Virus record (IMG/VR): IMGVR_UViG_3300020044_007582
Location: 1-33,646 of that record
Strand: one strand, 5' to 3'
DNA: 33,646 nt
From: a virus
Lineage: Duplodnaviria > Caudoviricetes
The position numbers were made by a program, and so were the translations under genes. Below are positions 16,790 through 25,265 of the stretch, piece after piece. Under the pieces are notes generated by a model, which did no database searches, was not told the DNA's origin, and saw only the letters and a list, made by a program, of their open reading frames with translations. Each line of letters starts with the position of its first letter. The first letter of the stretch is position 1.

Positions 16790-18303
16790 TGGCCTTTACG
16801 ATCAGCATCAACGACCAAGCCGCCTTTGAAGTCCTGTTCGCCGGCCCCGCCGGCCCGACTGGACCCCAAGGTCCGCAGGGAATTCAGGGCGTCCCAGGGC
16901 AGGGCGTCCCCGTGGGCGGCACGACTGGTCAGGTGCTGGCGAAGGTAGACGGGGTCGATTACAACACCGAGTGGATTACCCCGCAGGACGAATACGCTGT
17001 CTGGGGTGGCATTACTGGAACCCTCTCGGCCCAGCTCGACCTCCAGGCGGCTCTGGACGGCAAGTACTCGACGACCAACCCCGACGGCTTCATCACGGCG
17101 TCCGCGCTGACCCCGTACCTGACGAAGGCCGGCAACCTGACTGGCCTTACCGACCTTGCCTTGGCGCGGGATAACCTTCAGCTCGGCACCCTCTACTCCC
17201 CGACCTTTGCCGGCCTTACCATTCAGGGTGCTGGTGCTAATGTCGCCCAACTCACGTCGACCGCCCTGTCGCTCAACCATACGGGCTACGGACAGTTCAC
17301 GATTCAGCCCTCCTCGGGAATCACGTTCCCCGACGCTACCGTCCAGACGACCGCCTACACCGGGACGGCTTCTGTTTCTTGGGGCGACATCCTAGGTACT
17401 CTCTCCAGCCAGACCGATCTCCAATCCGCGCTTGACGACAAGTACGACGCCAGCAACCCGGCTGGGTTCATCGACTCGTCCGCCCTGACTGGCTACGCTA
17501 CGGAGTCTTGGGTTCAGTCCCAAGGATACATCGCAAGCCTCCAAAACCTAACCACCGATATCAGTTGGGACATTAGTAGCCAAGCGGGACGGCTCTTGAT
17601 TGACGGTTACGGCGGTCCTGATGCCTCTGCTCGTCTTAACTTCGGAGTAACATCTCCGACCGTTCATGCATACGGAGATTTCTGGTACGATGGTCAGAAT
17701 TTCCTTTATGAGTCCGGATCGTATGGAACGGAAACCATCGCAAGCCAAGCCTGGGTAAATGCTGGCGTAACCTTTTCTGGAAAGACCAACTTCACTTCCG
17801 TCGACGGCGCGGCCGGACTCAACATCGGCATCGGTGGCAGTTCCGCCAACGCAACCGTCAATGGCGACATTTGGATTCCGACCGCTGGAACGAATCTCAA
17901 TTTCCGAGACGGCAACGGCATCGCTAGGGTCTGTGCTTCTACTACTTCGGGCAACACCTTCAACCAGCCCCAGAACATCGATACGAGCAACATCCTCCCG
18001 GCCTTGCGCGTTACGCAGCGCGGAACCGGCAACGCCCTGCTGGTTGAGGATCAGACCACCCCTGACACTTCTGCTCTCGTCGTAGACGCAGCCGGCAACG
18101 TCGGCGTCGGCGTCGCAACTGGTTACACTTCCACTTCCAAATTTGAAGTCGTCGGAAACGTCAAGGGTACGACCCTCTCGACTGCTTCCGGCCCGGTGTT
18201 CTCGTTCAACAGCGTCACCAGCCATACTGGAGGCTCTGACACCAATGACCTAATCGTCACCATCGGTGGCGTAAACTACCGCATCGGCCTTCGCCCCGCT
18301 TAA
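16789..18303 (+). CDS. Tail fibre protein with collagen-like segment and internal repeats
   Basis: GPAGPTGPQGPQGIQGVPG; GGTTGQVLAK; two WG-I-GTLS-Q-DLQ-ALD-KY repeats; DAAGNVGVG. Confidence 0.8.
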   Translation: MAFTISINDQAAFEVLFAGPAGPTGPQGPQGIQGVPGQGVPVGGTTGQVLAKVDGVDYNTEWITPQDEYAVWGGITGTLSAQLDLQAALDGKYSTTNPDGFITASALTPYLTKAGNLTGLTDLALARDNLQLGTLYSPTFAGLTIQGAGANVAQLTSTALSLNHTGYGQFTIQPSSGITFPDATVQTTAYTGTASVSWGDILGTLSSQTDLQSALDDKYDASNPAGFIDSSALTGYATESWVQSQGYIASLQNLTTDISWDISSQAGRLLIDGYGGPDASARLNFGVTSPTVHAYGDFWYDGQNFLYESGSYGTETIASQAWVNAGVTFSGKTNFTSVDGAAGLNIGIGGSSANATVNGDIWIPTAGTNLNFRDGNGIARVCASTTSGNTFNQPQNIDTSNILPALRVTQRGTGNALLVEDQTTPDTSALVVDAAGNVGVGVATGYTSTSKFEVVGNVKGTTLSTASGPVFSFNSVTSHTGGSDTNDLIVTIGGVNYRIGLRPA

Positions 18304-18306
18304 TCA

Positions 18307-18441
18307 ATGATCACCGCTATCCTATCCTTTCTCGCTGGCGTGGTCGTCGGCATCCTCGTCTTCCGTAAGAACCGCGCCAAGCTCGACGGCGTCGAAGCCA
18401 AGGGCAAGGAACTCCTGATCGCTCTCAAGGGAGACAAGTGA
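18307..18441 (+). CDS. 44-aa single-TM membrane protein (not in ORF track)
   Basis: MITAILSFLAGVVVGILVFRKNRAKLDGVEAKGKELLIALKGDK; fills the gap exactly. Confidence 0.7.
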   Translation: MITAILSFLAGVVVGILVFRKNRAKLDGVEAKGKELLIALKGDK

Positions 18442-18444
18442 ACC

Positions 18445-19176
18445 GTGCGGCTTCTCTTGGTCATTGCTCTGGCCTTGACGGGCTGCTCGACCAAGAAGGA
18501 CGCTCTCCCCGTCCAGCCCGAGGCACCCGTCGACGGCGGTGCCATGAAGCAGGTCAGCGAAGCCGTCGATAAGCGAGCTGGCAAAGTCGCCGCCGCCGTC
18601 ACCGTCGTCCGTGAGAACGCCGACAAGCCGGAAGTCGTCCGCGCCGAAGCAGGCGTAGCCCTCTCACACCTGCCAAAGCCCGACGAAGGCGATCTCGCCA
18701 TCGCTAAGGCCAGAGCCGCCAAGGCTGACCAGAAGGACTACGCTGCTGCCGAAGCGGCCGGGAAGAAGACCATGTCCGCCCTTAACGACGCCCTAGCGAA
18801 GTCCTTGGCCGACCAGGCGGAAGCCAAGCGGGTCTCCGATCTCAAGGACTCCCGAATCAAGGAACTCGTCGACGAGATTGAACGGGTCAAGAAAGACCAC
18901 GCCGAGCAGACATGGACATGGGTCGGTGCGGGACTCGCCGTGATCGGTGCGGTGACGACCGCCTTCATGGGGCCGAAGGTCGGAATACCCCTGCTCCTCT
19001 GCGGAGCCTTCTGCGGAGCCGTGCCATTCATCATCGACAGTCCGTATTTCGAGTACATCGCTGGCGGTACCCTCCTCGTCGTCTCCGGCCTCGGCCTCTG
19101 GTGGCTGGCCGACAAGGTGCGCGACTCGGTCAACAAGCCCAACGACCCCGATGACCAAGAGACGCCAAAAGAGTAA
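18445..19176 (+). CDS. Lipoprotein with coiled coil and C-terminal TM helices (spanin candidate)
   Basis: Lipobox LTGC at residue 14; helical Ala/Lys-rich middle; about three hydrophobic segments near the C-terminus. Confidence 0.65.
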   Translation: MRLLLVIALALTGCSTKKDALPVQPEAPVDGGAMKQVSEAVDKRAGKVAAAVTVVRENADKPEVVRAEAGVALSHLPKPDEGDLAIAKARAAKADQKDYAAAEAAGKKTMSALNDALAKSLADQAEAKRVSDLKDSRIKELVDEIERVKKDHAEQTWTWVGAGLAVIGAVTTAFMGPKVGIPLLLCGAFCGAVPFIIDSPYFEYIAGGTLLVVSGLGLWWLADKVRDSVNKPNDPDDQETPKE

Positions 19177-19435
19177 GGTGGTCTACGTTAAACTTGGCCG
19201 GCAGCGAGCCTGGGGCCAAGCGACCATCGGCGAAGGGCTGATCGAGATTGACCCCCGCCTAGGTGCCAAGCGTCAGTTGGAAGTCCTTTGCCATGAGCAG
19301 GTCCACCTGACCTTCCCTGAAATGTCCGAAGCCCAAGTCGACCGCGCAGGCAAAGACCTTGCCGCCGTCCTCTGGGCACAAGACTACCGCCGGGTACTCC
19401 TTACCCCTAACGCCAAGCCCCCCCGCATTTCGTGA
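19151..19435 (+). CDS. Small HExxH zincin-like metallopeptidase
   Basis: IEIDPRL...LCHEQVH...SE motif. Confidence 0.65.
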   Translation: MTKRRQKSKVVYVKLGRQRAWGQATIGEGLIEIDPRLGAKRQLEVLCHEQVHLTFPEMSEAQVDRAGKDLAAVLWAQDYRRVLLTPNAKPPRIS

Positions 19436-19734
19436 GTGCCGCCCTCCCCCCTACCCCCGACGACATTCCCGTCCAGATTCGTGACGTGGGCATCGGCATC
19501 GCCATAGGCTCGGTCTCATGGCTGGTCCGCTACTTCTGCTCGACCGAGAAGCAGTCCCTAGGGTACATCGCCCGTCGCACCGCCACGGCCGGTCTGACCG
19601 CCCTCTTGACGGGGATGGCCATTCAGGGATACTTCTCCTCGGAGTCCCTAGCCTACGCCGCCGCCGGCATGGCGGGGTACGCAAGCCCCGAACTGGTCGA
19701 CTACGCCCTTTCTAGGCTCCGCAAGGGTAAGTAG
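19432..19734 (+). CDS. Holin (LydA-like)
   Basis: 100 aa with 2-3 TM segments, AAGMAGYASPEL and a basic C-terminus. Confidence 0.7.
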   Translation: MSAALPPTPDDIPVQIRDVGIGIAIGSVSWLVRYFCSTEKQSLGYIARRTATAGLTALLTGMAIQGYFSSESLAYAAAGMAGYASPELVDYALSRLRKGK

Positions 19735-19744
19735 TCGTCCCAGA

Positions 19745-19842
19745 CCCTGAAAGCCCCGCCACGGGTCACGCAGGGGGCTTTACAGGGGGCTAGGGTTATA
19801 ACGGCTCTCCCCTCTACCGAAAGGCACGGGGGAGTCTTCTTT
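19745..19842. terminator. Two hairpins at the convergence of the two arms (probable terminator)
   Basis: CCCTGAAAGCCCC/GGGGCTTTACAGGG, then GGCTCTCCCC/GGGGGAGTC followed by TTCTTTT. Confidence 0.6.
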
Positions 19843-21830
19843 TACGCCTCGTACTTCGTCCCCTGATAGTACAGGGCCGCGCCGACCTTCCGAGGCTCCA
19901 TGATGCCGTTGGTCACCATGGCCTTGATGAGGGACTCCGCCTGGTCTCGGTTCAACTTGTGGTCGGAGATCAGTTCCTCAATCAAAGCCCCCCGGCTGAC
20001 CTTGGGCTTGGACTCAAAGTGCCGGAATTGCTGACCGACCTTGAGCAGCTCGAAACCGCCGGCCAAGGGGGCGACCTCCCAGAACACCCGATCATCGGCG
20101 TGTTTCAGTTTCAGGGTCAGCGTCGGCTTGCCGTCCGGGGTACGCATCCCCGCTTCCTTGCCACGCTTCGACAGCATGAAGGAGAACACCGGCTGGTCCT
20201 TGGACTCCCGGCGGATGTTCAGCACGGCGCGGACATAGTTCACAAGTTCCGCTCCCCCCGTACCGCTATACATGATATCCGAGAAGGTCTGGCCGTCCGT
20301 GACCTCCTTGGCCTTCGGCTTGCCTTCGTGGTGAATCAGGATGGCGATGCACCCCGTCTCCTTTAGCATCGGCTCCAGCAGCCCACGGCAGAAGTTCGTG
20401 ACGTCGACGTTGTCATTGATGTTCCCGCCGATGTACGCCATCAACGGGTCCAGCACGATGACGTCGAGTTTATGCCGGACGATGATCTTACGGGCGAGCT
20501 GGATGATATCGTTCCCGCGCTTGGACGATTCGTTGAAGAAGTGCAGGTTCTGCCTGACCATGGCCTTCTCGTCGTTGTTCAGCCTCATGCCCGACATGAC
20601 GCCTTGGAAGGACTGGGCCATGTCGCCGACGTCGCCCTCCGCCTGGAGGACGCCCATCTTCAGCGGGTGCTTCGCCGGGATGCCGAACAACTCCCGTCCG
20701 CAAGCCCACGACATGGCCATCTGCATGGCGAAGGAAGACTTGCCGATGCCGGACTGCGCGGTGATGAGCAGCGAGCCGCCCTTCTGCAACCAGCGCCCGT
20801 GGCCGATCACCGTGTTAGGGTCGTTCAGGACGTCGTAGTTCTCAAGGACGTCGGTCGTGACCTCTTCGGGGAAGTCCTGACCTTCCCGCCATACCATGAA
20901 CTCGTCCCAGTCGGAAGCCCCTACCTTAAAGGCGACAATCTTTTGCTCGTTCTCTCCGCGCATGACTCCCCCCAACCGGCTCCAGCGGGAAGGGTTCTTG
21001 TTCTGGGGGTCAGGCTCATGGTCGGCCAGATAGTCATACACCGTATTACGGCGTTCTTCCCATTGCTCCTTTGTCTCGGCGTCGACCCGAACCCAGGCGT
21101 GAACGGACTTGCCGCCCGAGTCGACCAGCAGGCTGATGGGCAGGTTCGATTGCTGGAAGATGGCCACCTGCTCGTCCTTCGGCTTCTTGTCGAACTCGAC
21201 CAGCACATGGCGGTAGGCTGACACCGCACCGTCCGTACCCGTGAAGTCGTCAGGGGTGAAGGGGTTGATACGAATCCAAGCCCCAGACTCCGAGGCGGCG
21301 AACTTGCCGGCACCGACGGCACCGGGGCCGAAGAACTTGGTGATCCACTCGGCGCGGGTCAGGAACAGACCCTTGGACGCCGGGAACCACTTGCCGTCTT
21401 CGGTCTGGCCGGCCTCGTTCGTGATGCAGATCACGTCCTCGTCCTTGAAGCAGTTCAGCAGCACGTCGGCCGTCGTGAAGGGGGTCTGGGCGTCGGCCAG
21501 CTCGGCTACCCGGGTAGGGTCAAAGACGAAGCGACCGTTCGCGCCGACCCGACGCTCCCTGCCGGCGACGAGCCAGCCCTTCTGACGTTCGTGTGGCTTG
21601 ACGTAGGCGTCGTTCAATTTGTGACGCAGGTCTTTCTCGCTCCACGGGGGCGAGCAGCGGACGTTGAACTCCTGAAGCAAAGCCCAGGCGTCCGACCACG
21701 GCAGGTCGAACCCGTTGGCGAGGATGCTGGCTGCGCGGTAGGTGGCGGGGTGTCCGCCTTGGCCGGCGACGGCGGGTGGCAATTTGGCGAGATAGGCTCT
21801 CGCCCCGGAAATACGATCTTCGGTGGTCAT
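19842..21830 (-). CDS. Primase-helicase (PriCT-like + AEP/RepB-like primase + AAA_25 RepA-type helicase)
   Basis: CSPPWSEKDL; HVLVEFD; DSGGKSVHAW; Walker A AQSGIGKS; VLDPL; LIHHEGK. Confidence 0.88.
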   Translation of the reverse strand: MTTEDRISGARAYLAKLPPAVAGQGGHPATYRAASILANGFDLPWSDAWALLQEFNVRCSPPWSEKDLRHKLNDAYVKPHERQKGWLVAGRERRVGANGRFVFDPTRVAELADAQTPFTTADVLLNCFKDEDVICITNEAGQTEDGKWFPASKGLFLTRAEWITKFFGPGAVGAGKFAASESGAWIRINPFTPDDFTGTDGAVSAYRHVLVEFDKKPKDEQVAIFQQSNLPISLLVDSGGKSVHAWVRVDAETKEQWEERRNTVYDYLADHEPDPQNKNPSRWSRLGGVMRGENEQKIVAFKVGASDWDEFMVWREGQDFPEEVTTDVLENYDVLNDPNTVIGHGRWLQKGGSLLITAQSGIGKSSFAMQMAMSWACGRELFGIPAKHPLKMGVLQAEGDVGDMAQSFQGVMSGMRLNNDEKAMVRQNLHFFNESSKRGNDIIQLARKIIVRHKLDVIVLDPLMAYIGGNINDNVDVTNFCRGLLEPMLKETGCIAILIHHEGKPKAKEVTDGQTFSDIMYSGTGGAELVNYVRAVLNIRRESKDQPVFSFMLSKRGKEAGMRTPDGKPTLTLKLKHADDRVFWEVAPLAGGFELLKVGQQFRHFESKPKVSRGALIEELISDHKLNRDQAESLIKAMVTNGIMEPRKVGAALYYQGTKYEA

Positions 21831-21854
21831 GGTGGCTCTTGGACTGTTGGACTC

Positions 21855-22145
21855 TTATTTCCGCTTACGCAATCTTTTAAGGAAGCTCGGGACGTACTCT
21901 TTCCATTCGTATTTTTGGGCGTAACTGACCTTGAACGTCGGTGCGTTGTCGCAGGTCAGGCCGACGACGTTGAAGTTGATCCACTCCGCGCTGTCCTCTT
22001 CAGACTCGTTCATGTACCGCATATGCACCTGGATAAGGCGGTAGTAAGAATAAATCAGGAAGCCGTCCTTCGACGTCCCGATGATTGCGTCATCGAACCA
22101 TTCGGCCGGCTCGATGCGGATTGCGTCAGCGTGATACTTTGCCAT
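21855..22145 (-). CDS. Hypothetical phage protein
   Basis: FDDAIIG...YSY...EWINFNVVG pattern; overlaps the MTase end. Confidence 0.65.
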   Translation of the reverse strand: MAKYHADAIRIEPAEWFDDAIIGTSKDGFLIYSYYRLIQVHMRYMNESEEDSAEWINFNVVGLTCDNAPTFKVSYAQKYEWKEYVPSFLKRLRKRK

Positions 22146-23202
22146 GGATGAAATTGATGCGTTCGCCGATCCAGCGCATGACAGGTACGGCCATGGAATT
22201 GCCGCAGGCGTGGTAGCGTGGGGAGTCGGAACACTCTTCCTCCGGCTTGCCCTTGTAAGGGATGCGAGACCAGTTGTCAGGAAAGCCCATCAGACGCTCG
22301 ACCTCGACGACGCTCAAGCGACGTACGACCGACGGAGGGATGGCCACATGGGCGTTCTGATCTCCGCTGTCCGTTGAAACCGTCGGGAAGAATTCGTAGG
22401 AGGGATTGGCACCGCCCTGCCGGCGGAGGTTACCAGGCTGGAAGGCAATGGCGTGGGTCGAACGGATATCGCCGGTGAGATCAAACGTGTTCAGGCAATT
22501 GGCGAAGTCGGCCTTCACCCATGTCTCGTAGTCTTCCTTGCTTTGTGCGCGGCGTGACTTGCGGTACGGGATCATCCCTTGTTCGCCGCATTCGTCAGAG
22601 CGATCAGCAGGGGCTTCGGCAGCATCTTCCCCCTCCTCGTCGACCTTTCGAGGATTCCCTTGCAGCATTCCGCGCTCAAACAATACCGCAGCAGGTGGTC
22701 GCCAGTCTCCAAGATATCCGACAAGGAAGACTCTCTTACGACGCTGGGGAAGTCCGAAGCCGTTGCAGTCGAGCTGCCTCCATGCACAACTATACCCGAG
22801 GTCAGCCAGCGACCTTTGGAAGGCGGCAAAATCGAGTCCCCCGCCGCTGGATAGAACGCCCGGGACGTTTTCCCAGACAATCCAGCGCGGTCGAAGGCGT
22901 CCAGCCAGTCCTGCAAATGCAAGGGCGAGTTGACCACGGAGGTCATCCATTCCTCCTCGCTTGCCTCCGATTGAGAAAGACTGGCAGGGGGTTCCGCCGA
23001 CCAGAAGGTCAACTGATCCGGGTTCGATGGGCCATTCGGCGTGTCGGGTGAGGTCTCCATAATTGGGTACGTTGGGGAATCGGTGTTTGAGGATGGCTGA
23101 TGGGAAAGGTTCGATCTCGGAAAAGCCTACCGGCGTCCAGCCGAGCGGCTCCCAGGCGACGCTGGCGGCTTCCATGCCGGAACAGACGGAAAGGTATTTC
23201 AT
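22126..23202 (-). CDS. dcm: DNA (cytosine-5) methyltransferase
   Basis: Motif I SVCSGME, IV GGTPCQSFS, VI WENVPG, VIII PQRRKRVF, IX ERLMGFPD, X GNSMAV. Confidence 0.93.
   Translation of the reverse strand: MKYLSVCSGMEAASVAWEPLGWTPVGFSEIEPFPSAILKHRFPNVPNYGDLTRHAEWPIEPGSVDLLVGGTPCQSFSIGGKRGGMDDLRGQLALAFAGLAGRLRPRWIVWENVPGVLSSGGGLDFAAFQRSLADLGYSCAWRQLDCNGFGLPQRRKRVFLVGYLGDWRPPAAVLFERGMLQGNPRKVDEEGEDAAEAPADRSDECGEQGMIPYRKSRRAQSKEDYETWVKADFANCLNTFDLTGDIRSTHAIAFQPGNLRRQGGANPSYEFFPTVSTDSGDQNAHVAIPPSVVRRLSVVEVERLMGFPDNWSRIPYKGKPEEECSDSPRYHACGNSMAVPVMRWIGERINFIHGKVSR
22572..23060 (-). CDS. Nested +1-frame ORF in the MTase (beta-subunit-like)
   Basis: 162-aa ATG ORF with a C/A-rich leader; C-terminus SSLSDILE..YCLS..CKGILERS.RRGK.LP..L..AL. 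Confidence 0.6.
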   Translation of the reverse strand: METSPDTPNGPSNPDQLTFWSAEPPASLSQSEASEEEWMTSVVNSPLHLQDWLDAFDRAGLSGKTSRAFYPAAGDSILPPSKGRWLTSGIVVHGGSSTATASDFPSVVRESSLSDILETGDHLLRYCLSAECCKGILERSTRRGKMLPKPLLIALTNAANKG

Positions 23203-23822
23203 AGAATTCCCCATTGGTTGGCCATGGCGTCGGCGACGCCTTGGAATGTTTTCGACCTGTACTTCATGCGTTCAAGCGGCTTCATCCTCATGGACTCGAC
23301 GTGCCAGATAGGATCCTTACGTCCGTCCTTGTAAGTATAGAATTGCGGCTCGACAATTTTTGTCGGGGTAAGTTCTGGCAAATTCTTCAACCAAAGTCCG
23401 GTCTTCTTGCTATGCGGATCACCGAACTGCCAAGGCTGAATATACTGCGTCGGCTTACGGTATACGCTGGAAAGAATGCCGACAGGATTTTCCAGGCAGA
23501 TGCGCGGAATGTTGCATTCAAACATCGCCTTGAAAAAAGCGATGGCGTCTTCGCGCTGCTGATGACGGTCAGGAAACCTGTCCTTGAATTCAGGCTTGAA
23601 CCACTTGTTGCCAGTAACAGTCAGGTAGGTGCATGGCGGATGACCGATCATTAGATCCCATCCGTTGCTGTTGCGAGCGTCGATGACGTCGAACACGCTT
23701 CCTTGGTAGTGCGGGCCTGGCACGTCCGTCGGAAGCAGGTCGCACGAAATAGCTTCATGGCCTGCCTTGATGAAGGCATCTCGCACCGTACCAGAATATT
23801 CGCAGGCAATTAGGATTTTCAT
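23199..23822 (-). CDS. Short C5-methyltransferase-like protein
   Basis: ILIACEYSG, SCDLLP, HPPCTYL (catalytic PC), LENPVG, QPWQFG, RSKTFQG.ADAMA.QWG. Confidence 0.8.
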   Translation of the reverse strand: MKILIACEYSGTVRDAFIKAGHEAISCDLLPTDVPGPHYQGSVFDVIDARNSNGWDLMIGHPPCTYLTVTGNKWFKPEFKDRFPDRHQQREDAIAFFKAMFECNIPRICLENPVGILSSVYRKPTQYIQPWQFGDPHSKKTGLWLKNLPELTPTKIVEPQFYTYKDGRKDPIWHVESMRMKPLERMKYRSKTFQGVADAMANQWGIL

Positions 23823-23860
23823 AGGTGGCGGGTCTTTTATCCCCCCGTACCCCCTATGCG

Positions 23861-24088
23861 TCAACCGTAAAAGTACTTCATCTGGATACGCCGCCCGTCG
23901 AAGAAACGCAGACGCACCTTCTTCATCTTGCCGGCCTTATCCATCTCCATCAGCCAGACACGCGCCGTCGAAAGATGTACGCCCCACTCCTTGCCCCAAT
24001 CTTCCATCGACTTGTAACCCTTCGGCACAGGGTCGGCATGACGGGACTTTATCGCCCAGAGTTTCTTCAGGACGTCGTTGGCCTTCAT
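23861..24088 (-). CDS. Small winged-helix-like protein
   Basis: MEDWGKEWGVHLSTARVWL followed by a beta hairpin. Confidence 0.55.
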   Translation of the reverse strand: MKANDVLKKLWAIKSRHADPVPKGYKSMEDWGKEWGVHLSTARVWLMEMDKAGKMKKVRLRFFDGRRIQMKYFYG

Positions 24089-24089
24089 G

Positions 24090-24812
24090 TCAGATGGGCA
24101 GAATCCAGTCGTCCTGATCGTGGGGCTGCTCATGCACCCACGGTATGAGTTTCTCGTCGGTATAGTAGCCGAAGACCATGCCTTGCGACCAGGCGAATGT
24201 GGCCCTGCGCGTATTGGCGTAATCCATGGCCCCCCGGCGGGTCAGGGTGCCGACGCTGATGCCCGTCGGAGTATCGTCCCGTCGACCCGTCATGCGGCCG
24301 ACCTTATGGGTATGGGCGAAGATCACGTTGCCGTACATCTCGGCCATGTCCCGGGGTGCGTTCTCCCCGTAGACGGTGCCGTGCGTGAACTTGTAGTTGG
24401 CCAACTGGAACGCCTGCCAGATGCCCGTGTACTCGACGAAGAGGGCTTTCCGTTTCCGGCAATGTTCGGTAATATCGTTGATGAGGCGAAGGGCGTAGCC
24501 GGAATAGACCTCGTCGTCCGAGGCCGCTTCCCGCCATAGCCTGACCTCATGGTTGCCGGCCAGCACGACGTTCGGGCGGAGCTGGTCGAGGAACTTAAGC
24601 CCCCCGCCGATATCCGGCTCGACGGCGTCGCCCTTGCCCCGCGCCGACGACATGAACGGGGTCATGTCCACGAAGTCCCCTAGGTGGACGGTCATGTGGG
24701 GCTTGAAGCGATCCTTGAACTTGAGGACGCCCTCGATGGCCTTCGGGTCGGCATACATCCCGTGGGAGCAGCCGACCGCCATGAACCTTTTCCAGCCCTT
24801 ATTGATGTTCAT
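24090..24812 (-). CDS. Calcineurin-like metallophosphoesterase
   Basis: GCSHG, HLGDFVD, GNHE, FTHG, AHTH motifs. Confidence 0.88.
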   Translation of the reverse strand: MNINKGWKRFMAVGCSHGMYADPKAIEGVLKFKDRFKPHMTVHLGDFVDMTPFMSSARGKGDAVEPDIGGGLKFLDQLRPNVVLAGNHEVRLWREAASDDEVYSGYALRLINDITEHCRKRKALFVEYTGIWQAFQLANYKFTHGTVYGENAPRDMAEMYGNVIFAHTHKVGRMTGRRDDTPTGISVGTLTRRGAMDYANTRRATFAWSQGMVFGYYTDEKLIPWVHEQPHDQDDWILPI

Positions 24813-25020
24813 TACTGTTAGGCAGGTGTTTAGGGGGTCGACCCGTGCCGGCGTAGATGAAGGACATCTTCATGCGGTTGGCGGCTTCTTGGATGGCGCG
24901 GAGGGAATAGCCGTATTCGTAGGCCGCTTCCTTCGTCGTAAGCCCCCGCCCGATGGCCTGGGGGATGATCGTCCGGGCCGGCGGCTTGCCGTACCTGTTG
25001 ACCCGTTTCAAGTTGTTCAT
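24799..25020 (-). CDS. Small HTH protein
   Basis: GLTTKEAAYEYGYSLRAIQEAA. Confidence 0.65.
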   Translation of the reverse strand: MNNLKRVNRYGKPPARTIIPQAIGRGLTTKEAAYEYGYSLRAIQEAANRMKMSFIYAGTGRPPKHLPNSNEHQ

Positions 25021-25265
25021 CGGTTCAGCAGGTTGACGCAGGAGTGCTGGCCGTTGTGCAGCTCCCAGAACTCGACGTTCGACCGTTTAAGCGTCGGCAG
25101 CACCGTGCGCTTCCACTTGGCCATGGCGTCGGCGAACTCGTCCCGGCTGTAGGCCACGAACTCGGGATGCTCGACCTTGCCGCCGTCTAGGATCACCAGC
25201 AGGGCGTGGCAGCGGCGGGGCATCTTATGGGTGTACTCGGTCAGGTTGATAGGGGGTTTTCTCAT
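25017..25265 (-). CDS. Hypothetical protein
   Basis: ATGA-coupled to both neighbours. Confidence 0.6.
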   Translation of the reverse strand: MRKPPINLTEYTHKMPRRCHALLVILDGGKVEHPEFVAYSRDEFADAMAKWKRTVLPTLKRSNVEFWELHNGQHSCVNLLNR

